DNA from: Trichodelitschia bisporula
Taxonomy: Eukaryota
Length of the DNA: 64,000 bases
Assembly (NCBI GenBank): GCA_010356995.1
Contig: ML996698.1
Coordinates: 679,923 to 743,922 of the forward strand
Reading direction: 5' to 3'
The notes beneath the pieces are model-generated. The model worked only from the letters and a program-made list of their open reading frames with translations, ran no database searches and had not been told where the DNA came from. Positions within the stretch are counted from its first letter, which is position 1; each line of letters opens with the position of its first letter. Made by a program: the position numbers and the translations under genes. Shown here one piece after another: positions 12,960-24,668 of the stretch.

Positions 12960-14269
12960 ATTCCTGTTCGGAAACATGATATTTCAAGGTTTTTAGTGTG
13001 CCGGCGGACGACGATTTCGGGTCGCCGCATGCTACAGTACCGGTTCCGCAACCTAATCCTCATCGGATATCTCCGACATCACTGAAGAGGCTCCCTATCA
13101 TATTGGAACCTTCTTGCAATCGTTGTCCGTACTATCGGACATCACTCTTGCTCTACCATGCGGCGGATCCAGGACTCTAGGGCCTCTTCGGTATCCGACT
13201 ATCTCCGGTGATGAGATTCTCCGTACCCCCTTCAACGACATCATCCTTTCTTGAAGTTGCAAGGGTCATGTTGCAGGATGGCTTACAGTAACGAACCAAA
13301 TATCCGACATTTCAGGATGCTCTCAACATCGCTGAAAGCGATAGGCCAAGGAGATTTCCCAGGTCAGCATCCGGAATAGCTCGCTTGTGGGCCTCATTAT
13401 GGGAGGTAATAGCCAAAAGCTTACGAGGGCTGTCACTGGTTGGTTGTTACATCATTGACTGTCATTATCGTTGAATGCGGGGTATGCTTCTAGTGATGAT
13501 GTCTGGAGCCCGGATGTCCTCCACATCGTCACCTAGATCCAGATGTTGCGAGCAAATGTGACGCCGGCTGGCAGTTGACTGGGCGTCTTCTGCTCTAAAC
13601 TGGGGCCCTATGTGAACCCGGGAATCAGAGAGCTCTCAATATAGTCCTATAGGCTGATTATAAATGCTATTCCCTCAGTGCTGTCCACGGACTTTATGAC
13701 GGTTTTACGCCACAGGTAGAGCAGAGCACCCAGGTGTGGTACATGAGGGGATCGTATGCCCACCGCGAGTCTCGACCGATTGGTGCCGATCTAGTATAGA
13801 CTCGATCTAATATCGTGACAGAAACCTAGTTGAAAGGCACTTCGGACGTAGGCCTCTCGGAACTTTCATCAATTTGAATATCGTCCAAGCAGCACCGTTA
13901 GCCTGATCATATCCTTAGATCGATCGCGGGCGGATGTACTGGATCTACGATCTCTTCATGGCTACATGGGAACATTAGACACTAAAGAACATACAAATTA
14001 GCACCCCCTTCTCACACCCAGCACGCCGTTCGTGGAGATGAAATCAAGCTCAGCAATAAGCCGCGCGCACGGCCTATTCGCTATTGCGTCGTGCTTCTGG
14101 TATCCCCCATCTCAACCTGAAACGCTTGACGTTGATAGCTGGGAACCCGCGAACGACAGCCCATAACGAAATCGACCTCGCGGTGTCCACCCCGTCGTCT
14201 TCGCAATGATAAACACGCCGCGGAAGCGCAGTCCGGGCCGTCGCTAACCAAATGCCCTCAATCGCCAGC

Positions 14270-15278
14270 ATGCACTTCCCCGTCCTCACCCTCGCCCTCC
14301 TCGCCCAGCTGCCCAGCAGCCTCGCCTCCCCCACCGCCCCCCCAAAAGGCAAGCGCATCCAATGGGTCGGCCACTCCTTCCACTGGTTCCTCCCGGAGCC
14401 CGTCGCACAACTCGCGACCGAAGCCGGCATCCAAGGGCACGTAAACATCGGCGTTGACCGGATCGGCGCCTCAACGCCGTGCCAGCACTGGAACAAGGGC
14501 GGGAATGACACGAATACGGTGAAGGAGACGTTGAAGGCGGCGAAGGCGGATGTGCTTACGCTTGCGACGCGCGAGTTGCCGCAGGAGGAGTGTGTGCCGA
14601 AGTTTGCGCAGTTGGGGGTGAGTTGGCTCGTCTTTGGAGGATGAGGGTGGGGGCTAAGTGGTGCAGTTCCAGTATAAGAAGGATTTGCGCGTTATGGTGC
14701 ATGAGACGTGGTTGCCGCAGAGCGCGGCTAAGGATGCAGAGGGGTGCGCGGATTGGGGGTGCACGAACCGCGATGCTGCGACGATCGATGTGCTTGAAGA
14801 TACGCGGAATAAGCTCGAGATTCCGTATAAGAACAAGCTGAGGGCGCAGCTACAGAGGCTTAATGCTCAGGCGGGGACGAATCTCACGAGCATTGTCCCC
14901 GTGTGGGACGCCGTTATCAGCATGCGGGAAAGTATGCGGTTCCCAATCACTCGTCGGGTTTCCGAGTTGACTCGTCGATAGTGGTCGTCAAGGGACAGCT
15001 CCCTGGAGTGCCGAAGCAGTCGAGTCTCTTCATGGATAAGTTGGGACACGCACAGAAGCCGCTCCGGGACATGGCGAGCTACAGTAAGTGATGGTGGAGA
15101 GAACCCCTGAAGGCCACGTCTAACCCGTTCACCAGTGTGGTTTGCGGCTCTGTACAACATCAACCCAATTGGCTCCAAGGTCCTTACGACGGGGACTCCT
15201 GCTGGTCAGGCTGCGATTTTGCAGAAGCTCGCCTGGGAAACGCTGAAGAAGGAACCCCTGAACGGCATCGGATTGTGA
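14270..15278 (+). CDS. Secreted protein, probable SGNH/GDSL-type hydrolase fold (4 exons)
   Basis: Signal peptide MHFPVLTLALLAQLPSSLA; block-I-like WVGHSF; C-terminal FMDKLGH. Three GT-AG introns join into one open frame ending at TGA 15276-15278. The fold assignment is inference. Confidence 0.7.
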
Positions 15279-15592
15279 AGCATATGGAATCTGGACTGAA
15301 TTTTCAAGGGTCCAGGAGAGCCTTGAGGAATGAACAGATGATTAGGTAGACTGTACAGATAACGCACGTCGCCATATGCAATTGTAACTTTCCGAGCCTG
15401 TGACTGTGTAAGCTCACCACCCCACCTTGACATCATACAGCCAGCAGGAACTTCTGCTAAACAGAGAAACGCTCAAAACTCCCGGACGCCATCGGCTCTA
15501 CATGTTATTAAGCAGCAGCATAGTTTAGCACCACACATGCGGCAGAACGTACAGTAGGTACCACAAGATATCAACAAGCCCCTGTGCGGATA

Positions 15593-16756
15593 CTACCGCA
15601 CACCTAGCTCGCGAAGCTTTGCGCACGCTGTCATCTCCATATTCCGTGCCTTCTCCATCAGCTCTTCATCCCTCCAGAACCAGCCTTGGGCCTCATGCAT
15701 CATCCGTGTACGCTCATTGACCTGCTCCTCGCACTTGATTTTCAGACCCGTCAGATACGATTGTTCAACATGACGGTCCAATGTGTCCAACTTGTACTTT
15801 GCGAGGCCGTGGATTTCATTGGGATTTACCCAATGATGTACCCCAAGATTTGCTGTTGTCCGCTCGAAAATGTGCGGCTTTACAGGACGATCCATACGAA
15901 AGGCTGGAACTGAGGAAGACGAACCGGAAAATAACGAGGAGAGGAGAGGAATGATGAAGAGGAGGATGACCGGGAGCAAGGAGGTCAGCAGGCTGGTGCT
16001 GTTGACCTGGGGTTGATTTTGACCCCTAGGGCGCATTCGCGGTGCAGCACCGCCGAACTGGTGGACACGAAATCCAGGGCCGCCGCCGAAGTTGAAGACA
16101 AATCCAGGGCCACCATCAAACCCTAGCGCGAGATGTTAGCCAGGCACAGCAGCGGGGTAGCATTACACACCGAAAGGACCGCCGGCACCACCGCCAAAGA
16201 ATTGTCTAAACAGTTCTTCAGGCGTCAATTCCTCCTCGAACATCGGGCCACCCCTCCCACCACCGGCGGGCGAACGCGCGAAACCGTTGCCGAAGGGTGA
16301 CGATGAAGAGGAAGGTTGTTGAAAACGGCTATCCGGATCCATACCGAACTTGTCGAACTTGGTCTTCTTATCCGGATCTGAGAGAACTTGAAAGGCTCGA
16401 GAAACCACTAAGATGCGGAACACAGGTTAGCCCCTGCATCCAATGCGACGGAGTGGACGCCCGTTTTTCAACGTACTTTTGAATGCTTCATCTGCTCCAT
16501 CATAGCCGTTCTTGTCCGGATGGGTGAGCAGACTCAGTTTGCGGTACGCCTTCTTGATATCTGATTCCGAGCAAGTTGTCTTGACCTCCTCCAAGCCAAG
16601 GATATCGTAGAAGGCCGTCGCGTTGCATCTCCGCACGCGCAGGACGGCTGCTTTTTGCTCGACGGTGTAGGACCTTCCCGAACTACCATCGTGATGAGCG
16701 CGGTGCTTTGCTCCCTCTCCTCCCTTTGCGTCGGAGCCGCTCGCCTTGGTCGACAT
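15593..16756 (-). CDS. HLJ1: ER membrane J-domain co-chaperone (Hlj1/DNAJB12 type)
   Basis: J domain (FYDILGL...IKKAYRKLSLLTHPDKN...AFQVLSD), G/F-rich linker, one TM helix and a luminal C-terminal domain with two Cys. Two introns. Confidence 0.9.
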
Positions 16757-17204
16757 TTGCGTTGGGACCGGATTGTTTGCCCCGCGAGGGGGGAACCGAA
16801 GATCGAGGGGATGTGGTGCACCGACCTGGTCAAGGCGATTTGGCGAGCGGATTTCCGCGTCTCGAACGATCTAGAGAGCGAAGGTGTGCAGGCTATGGGC
16901 CCTGATGTAGCTGGTCGCTGAGTTCCTAGCGATGTTGGATGACGCGGTGAAGGGACAACAGCGAGGATAACGGCGTACGTATCTGCGATCCCATTTGGGT
17001 GATGGCGAGCGAGGATGGCGTGCCAAGACGCGAGGGTCTTGCGTTGGGCCTTCACAGGGCGGCCGGACCCGTCGGCGCCCGTCCAAAAGTCTTGGGGTAT
17101 GACATAACTGTCCAGCTTGCCCTGTTGAGATCCAAGGTACGGACATTTATACCTAATCGCCAAACCTAGACTCCAACCTCACATTTGGCCCAATTGTCTC
17201 CACC

Positions 17205-17736
17205 ATGTCGGAATCACCTGCTGCAGACAAGACTAAAAACAGCGCCATTCTCAAATTGAAGGCATGGGGCGGTATGTTCGCGCGCTTCCTACAAGTTACA
17301 AGCTACGTTATGCGCGGAGCGGAACTGACTTGCACAGAAAACTCCTTCCCGCCGACCATACTGGCGTCGCTGATCACAGCACAACATTTCCGACCTTTCC
17401 AAGCTCTGCCTATGCTGTTCCCTCCACTGCTGCTGCTCTCGTCGTACATCAATGTCAATGGCTACAAGACAGATGCAGCTGGCATCAGCGCTGCCTGGAG
17501 TGGACTGTACATGCTTCTTGCGATGCGTAGACGGCAGGTAGGCGCAAACCATTTGACCCGCATGCTGTGGTGTTAGCTGATGCGAATGTCCGCAGGGCTT
17601 CGGCTCCAAATTCACCCTCCGAGGAGCTGTTCGGGGAGCGACGCTCGGTCTTGCCGCCGTGAACTTGGTTGGCGGTGGGTTGGCGTACATGTTCGGGCAG
17701 AGGAGTAAGGAAGAGACGAGTGGTGGAGAGAGCTAA
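17205..17736 (+). CDS. Small multi-TM protein, Aim19-like (3 exons)
   Basis: The spliced product reads ...AWGENSFPPTILASLITAQHFRPFQALPMLFPPLLLLSSYINVNGYKTDAAGISAAWSGLY...RGAVRGATLGL... The start context CACCATG and the splice sites are clean. The family call is from recollection of the AG.SAAWS.LY motif. Confidence 0.7.
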
Positions 17737-18830
17737 TCCTCCACCACTCGGGTGACTCTTAAATTGGTGTTATCCGGTCCATGTCCTTTCTCGCCATTAA
17801 AGCGTTTTGACGCCATGTGCTGGCAGCCGACACCACAAAAACCTAGGATCTCGATGCCTGGGACCCCCAGCCATAGGGTTCAAAATGTCTGTGATCACCT
17901 CAGGGCGTAACAGCTGGAAACTACTTTGGGACGCCGACATACCAATACACTTACACCAAAAGTACCGGCAAGGACGAAGCATCCAGTAAGATGAGATGGT
18001 AAGGAGTTGTTAGCCGTAATCGTCGCCAATCGGGAGACTTCAGGGTGAGGAATACGTTGGTAGGCCGCGCCGCATATAAGCGGAAAAGGCCGGCCGGGCT
18101 TCGCAATCGTCAGCAACACACGTAATGGGAACGCTCACAACATTGCTCAATCTCTCCGATACTGCTATGCAAAGACGTGAACACGAAAGTTTCAAGTTCG
18201 AACAAGCCGAACATCGGCTTCGGGCCGCCTGCCACGTCAATTGTACCCGAAGCCACAAGCTCCCGCATGACGACCGAGACGCCACAGCCCAGCTAGTTCG
18301 AGCACTCCCAATATGCCAGCACACACCTCAACAACGCAAAAATTCTGAAGCCCAGCCAACACCTCACCAAACCCCCAAAGGGTAGACCCGGAATGCCCGC
18401 CCACGTCTCCGCCAACCAGGCACAAGGAACTTCCCGCCCCACGACTCAATCGTGCCAACCAACCCCCCCCGCACCCACACAGGAATCCCCTCCCCCCTCA
18501 AATCCACCCATCACCCATCCGTCTTTCCTTGCAGCAAGCGCCGAGCAGCCAATCCCGTCCCGCCGCCCGCCGCTGGCGGCGGGCCGGTAGACGGCTGCGC
18601 CCGACGGCGATTTCGTGCGTTAGCTTGAAACGTCCTTGGGCGGGCTGGCCTGGGCGCTGAGTGGACGCCTCGAAGCGGCGCGGCGTGAGGGCAGGCACGG
18701 GGAAGCGCGGACGCATTCTGCGGGCCGGACAGGATGGCCGGCGGCCATGGATTTGGGCCTCATGCGAGTAAGCAGACTTGCACTTCTATTTCAGTTTGTG
18801 CAGCATCTAGGTATCACCTCCGTAGCTACT

Positions 18831-21161
18831 CTACGCTTCCTCCAAGCACCAGACTATAACGTCGCCGCGCCGCCGCCAGTCGTCGTGCCAGTGCGAATTG
18901 AAGGTCCGCCAGCATTCCCTGTACGGTGTGGACTGAAGCACGGTCTTCATAGTCGGCTCCAACTGCTCGAAAAATGCAAGGTACTGAGGCCACGCCCTGC
19001 GGGGCCAAGCCATCCTTGCGCCTTCGTCCCGCTCCTCCAGTCCATCCCGTCCAACAGCACGCCGGCCCCTCAAGCCATCCGCTCCGGAGGAAGCCCCACC
19101 GCTCGCACCGCTGGTCAGCGCCGGGAGGTCTTCCATGTGCATTGCAAGCCACGCCGGCGGATGGGCATAGAACTGATCGGCTTCGTCGAGATACGTGTGT
19201 CGCTGGTCCAATGGCACGTCGAGCGGAGGCTCGCATGTAAGGGCCCATGCATCGATGCCTTTGTGGATTAGATGACTGCGCCAAGGTGTGCTGTGACAGG
19301 GCATCAGGAAAGCGACCGTGAAATCGCCGCCCCGTTCTCGGAGCTCGTACCGCGAGCGGAGCTCATGCAGTACATCAATAACACCGCGCTGGTGCACTAG
19401 GGACGTGTAAGCCGCAATGGCTACGTTGATGGAAACAAAGCCAATGACCGCAATACGCTTCAACCACCCAAGCGGGCGTGACGAGGTGGAATACGCCAGC
19501 GAGGGTGAGGCTAGAAGATGCAGCAGCGGGAGAAGCGGATACAAAAAGCGCGCTTCCTTGTGTGATATGAGACTCAAGCTGCCAACGACGAACAAAATCG
19601 TCCAGGTCGCTGTGGCTTGGACTTCTTGTACGACACTGTCCTTTCCCTTGACGAGAGCTGACTGCATGCCTTTGAACAGGCCAATGGCTGCAAAGGGTAG
19701 GGCTGTGGTCAAAAGGAGCGGGAGGCCTTCTGTGAAATAGTAATCTGGACGATTACTTCCATAAAAGACGGCTAGTGATTTGGTGATGTTGAAGTACACG
19801 AAGCGAAGGGGTGGGAAAGCCCACATTCCAAAGAAGATACGGTCAACGATTGTCGTACATGCCAACACGATGCTCCTGTGATGATTCAGCTCAAAGGGAT
19901 CTCGAGAACAGGGGATCTTCCAAGATGAGGAATTGAGCACAATGGGCTTTGCGGACAGGAAGTGGGGCTAGCCAACAAATATGTTCAGAAATTGCACCGT
20001 GCAGCGAAACAAAAGAATGGAAAGCATACCCACACACGATGGCCTCTCTTATCAGAGAGACGCGCCTCTGGACGCTCGTCTTTCGCAGCGTCTGCAGAGC
20101 GATTGGCAGCCATACGAGGACGTTTGTTGGCCGGAAAATGGTGGCTACAGCAGCCAGGGATAGCGAGAGTCTGAGTCTGAAAAGTGTCGGGTCAATTGGC
20201 CGAACTCGCAGAGAATGAGGTGGGGGTTGGTATGCGGCCTGCAACTCACCGTGAAATTTCTCCGGAACGCGGGCCACGGGCAGACTGGTCAAAGTGCCCC
20301 GCCTTGCGGGAGGAGATCCAATGCCATGGCCAGAAAAGAAGCGCAGCGGCCGTAAGAGAGGCTTCAAGACAGTTTGACAGAGTTCGGGTGGAGCAGAACC
20401 ACTGCCATGGGCTGAGAGTGGTGAGGGCAAGCTGCCGAAAGCGGACGAGCCAATGTCAGCACGCGACGTGGTTGCTCAATGGAAAAGGATTCGTACCGAT
20501 GCCCATGCAGCACGGCTCCTAGGCCCATAGATAGATTGCACCCATCTCCACGTGAAGTAGTCGAGGGCGGTAGCGAATAGTGCTTGGGTGACTTTTGGTG
20601 CAGCAAGCAGGAGTGAGGAGCGGAGGGCAGGAGAGAGTCGGCAGACGGCCGACAGCAGCGCCGCAGTGTGGTAGACACCGGCGAACAGGAGGGGGTGGAG
20701 CGACGACCTCAGCTGGTTTTTCCATTCCTACAAAACACAAGTAAGAGGCACGTATCTCAATGCATGGCTAGGAGGCTCGACGCTACCCAAGTGATCCAAG
20801 CCCCGCTATCCTCTCCGAAGGCTAGCTGCCATGCAGGCTCCAGCGACTGGAAGAACTCGTCGGGTTGGAAAAATGTTTTCAGGGTAAGAGCGTTGAATAT
20901 GCGAAGCGCAAATAGGAGAAGGAGCACGTGTAGGGACGATGATAGAGCTGGGAGGTAGTGGAAGGTAGGGAGGGTTGGCGGCGATGGTGATGGCGCTTGC
21001 GGTGCGGGAAGCGATGACGGGTTGCGTAGCCGATGCGCATTACGGCGATCGGTGAGAGATGCAGAAGAGAGGGAAGCTGCAGACGAACGTAAAGATGACG
21101 AAGAAGCAACAGCACCAGTGGAAGAGGCCGGTGAGGTATGAGAGGGGTTATAGGACGTCAT
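18831..21161 (-). CDS. GPI10: GPI mannosyltransferase 3 (PIG-B, GT22)
   Basis: Motifs [72 protein letters not shown] and LTCEPP. Four introns are inferred. Confidence 0.95.
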
Positions 21162-23586
21162 TGTACCCCTTTGCGGGGGGGACGAAGCTATAATCGGAGT
21201 GAATGAGCTTGTCGATTTGTGTCCTCAAGCTCTGGTAAGGGCCTCAGTCAAGGTGGCGGTTTGTCTGCGGCACTGATTCTGTTCACAGCATGCACTCCGG
21301 AATATCATTGCATTGCCACTATGGGGTGGGAGGGGTTAAGGGAGGGATGAGGGGAGGGGAAGGGGTGGAATGAAGGTACGGTAGGTTGTAAGCGATGATG
21401 GGGATGAATGGGGACGTGTGGGGGGGTGCTTGATGGGGCCATGGAATGGCGGGCCGAAGTTGAACCCGCGACTTGGCCGGGGGGGGAGCATTTATTGTGT
21501 AGTTCACTGGTGGCGAGAAGATGTTGCTACGACGGGCCTTAGCAAGCACGGCAAGTTAGAAATGGGCAACAAAAGCCGACATCGTTTTCCTTTGCACTTT
21601 TCTGCATGACGATTCCAATTAGCCCCGAGATTCGAAGAGCAGATGGACATGACCTTAGTTCTAGTTATCTGCATCTACTGCGTAGACCCTCGTACCGGGT
21701 ATATTCCCTTCTCAAATACAGTACATACAGCATGCTGCAAACACGCATGCATACAAACAACAGCAACCGACTGCAGTGGAACTCGCAAGCAAATGCAGTC
21801 GAGGCTGGCCAAGGCGCATAAGCCCCCCATATTCGACCAACCGTCGACCCGGGCCTGAGGAGCGTCATGCACGTCGCCCAATGCGTGACAAATCATATTC
21901 ATCGGTTCGCTCGCCTTTCCTCGCCTCCGTCTTCTACTTCCTCCTCGGCCATCATCGTGGACTTCCCGATCGGGATAAGCAGCGCTCGTCACTGCCAACC
22001 TGCGGAAGGGTGGAGTACAAAATACCTAATAGCCCAGCAAGTGGGCCCCTCAGTAACGTGTCAGTCTCCACTGTGCGTCATCCCGTCCTTCTTACCCCTC
22101 TTTGCACTTTCATTGCTTCATCACATCGCCACATTGAGCTCATAACAGGAAGAGAGAGCGGGAATTGGCTTCACGACGCTCTGCCCATGCGCTTGATGCA
22201 CCGCTGCCCGTTCCGCCAAAGGCCTCATCTGCCGTTCCACTCGGAACGAAGTAAACGGGGGCACGAGTACAAAAGCCTGCGGCTGCAGCTGTTGCTGGGG
22301 AAGCAGAAGGACCACTCTGGCCTGGACCCACAGCATCGTCAGCTGTGCCTATGTCGAGGCTCCTGCAGCTTGTCCTCTCCATACGGTACAGTAGCTGCGT
22401 GGGTACAACAAAAAGCAACCCGAATACCGCTAGCTGTGTGCTTCTTCCTCTCTGCAGCGCTTCCGTTTTTCCCGCTGCTCTCTCACAGCCCATAGCATGC
22501 AGTCATTGTCATATCGGATATTGCTCTGAATATTACCGTCCCGACATGCCAAAGCGCTTCGGATGCCGGATGGCGTTGCGCTATGTACAACGTGCTTCCG
22601 GACAGGCCCACGGTGCGCTTCCTGCGGCAGCTGGAAATAATAAAAAGAGCTTGAAATCATTCTGGCAGGCCAGGTCGGCCACGGCGAATACCGTTGTCGG
22701 CTGGCAAGTGACTGGAGGGGTAGAAGGGTTGAGTGGAGGCGAGGGGAAGTTAATATGTTCTGGTCGGATAGCCCATTGTGCTGGAACCAGACCCCAGGCA
22801 GGACGCTACGGACCTCAAGATTGAGGGTGAAGGCATGAGAGCCGGCCGGTATGGGTACCTGGCTAGACTACGAGTCCCTTGTGGTGATGGTTGGGACGTT
22901 GGTTGTCTTCCTTCAGCGGTACCTCCGGGAGAGCTCAACGCTCTCGTCCCCTCTTTCGGGCGATGAACCATGTTCTACGCAGTTTTGGTCCCCTTGGTCC
23001 TACAATAACGGGGGATATTTACGCAGCCTTATGAGTAGTAGGGCTTTTGCAAGGCATGGATACATACATACATCCATACATGCTCAGAGTACCGAGACGG
23101 GGTATGCTATTTTGCCAGCATGAGAGGTTGCATTCGCATTCAAAGCCATAATGTGGAGTAATATCACACCCACACCGATACCCTGGATACCTCCGTAGCT
23201 ACCTCCGCCTCCTAGACCTTCTTCCTTCATCTTCTTTCCGGAGCTGAGAGAAGTGAGAAGCGAGAGGAATGATCTGGAGTGTGGTGATGGATAGTCGGAG
23301 TAGAGTTTGTGGATAATGTACGGTAGGTAGTCTGGAGTGGGTGGTGGTGTGTGCGCCTGAAACTAGATAAACCCCCAGTGGCTTCAAGGCTTGTGGTGGG
23401 GACTGGGAGACTGGGGAGTTGACGACTGGGAGTTTTTAACTGCCCACACCCTCACGAACGAACCCCTCCGTCCTCTCACAACCATCACGATTCTCCCTCC
23501 GGCTCCGAGTCCCGAACCCCCTCCAGTTCAAGCAGCGCTACCCGTTGCCCGCTGCCCGTTCCATCACCTCATCACCTCATCACCCT

Positions 23587-23589
<3 letters not shown>

Positions 23590-23650
<61 letters not shown>
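23590..23650. repeat. (CT)n microsatellite in the kinase promoter/leader
   Basis: About 30 CT units with one interruption. Confidence 0.95.
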
Positions 23651-24668
23651 CCTCTCGTGAACTGGAAGCACATGCTTCCCAATCTCACACTCAAACTTTC
23701 CACCGCCCGTCTTTCCCTCCTCCCTCACCCTGTTCTATCCTATTATCATATCCTAAGAGCCCAAGCTTCTTTCCGCCCAGAAATCTTTTTTAACGTTCAT
23801 TTTCTCCCCTCTTTTCTTCTACTTCAACTTCTCCGCCTCCGCTCTCTTACCACCCCCCTCCCCCACCCCCTCCCCTCCCCTCCCCCAGGCCTACAGTGCA
23901 GTGGCGCTTCATCGCAAACCAACCAACCCCCCTCCTTCTCAACTCTTAATCCACCACTTCCCCTCTCTCTTTTCTCCCACCTCTCGTCCCATTCAATAAT
24001 TCCATCTCTAACCCTCACTCTATTGGTATGCGCCCTCACTTCCCGGGTCAACGGGTCACTTATTGTTAGTTGATTGCCTAGTCACCGTTAATCGTTGCCG
24101 AATGCTCGAAGAAAACCTGATCTCAGCCAGCGCTCTGCGCCGGAGCACCTACGTTTGACACACCCAGAACTCTCTGAGCTGCCCGCCTCGTGCCACCCCT
24201 TCCTCACCACCACCACTTGCGCTCGCGCATTGGCATCGTCACTGAAAAACCTCCATTCACTCACCTATCCACGGTGCAATAACCTGTCCCATCCTTTCTC
24301 CTCTACCGAATTCCCCGCAATCCCGTCGCCTTACTCCTTGGCTGCCCTCCCCGGAGCACCGGTCCCGCACCCGCCGATCAGACCCGGATCCCCGACCTAT
24401 CCTGCCCTCCTACAATTTGACAAGCTTCCCGCTTCGTTCGAGGAGGTCCAATCTCTACCACATAGTCGCTCCAATTGATCACTGCCCTTTCCCCGCGCGC
24501 ACACCCTTTCTCGTACTGCGCTTCCACAGCATGATACGGTCCCCTCAACCGCTTGGTCTCATTTGCGGTTGAGGACGCTTCAACAGGTGTTCATGGGGAC
24601 TTGGTAGCTTTACCGCTTGCCTCAAACAGCCTTGGATATCAGGCGGTGGCTCCATCGCCAATTCGACA

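Noticed and set aside
18075..18800. Assignment of the hairpin locus to telomerase RNA, SRP RNA or RNase P/MRP
   Set aside because: No TAACCCTAA template, no Sm site, no SRP helix-8 motif and no P4 (CR-I/CR-V) signatures were found by eye.
21200..23500. Medium ORFs in the GPI10-kinase intergenic region
   Set aside because: They show no domain, codon bias or splice pattern and are consistent with chance ORFs in GC-rich DNA.
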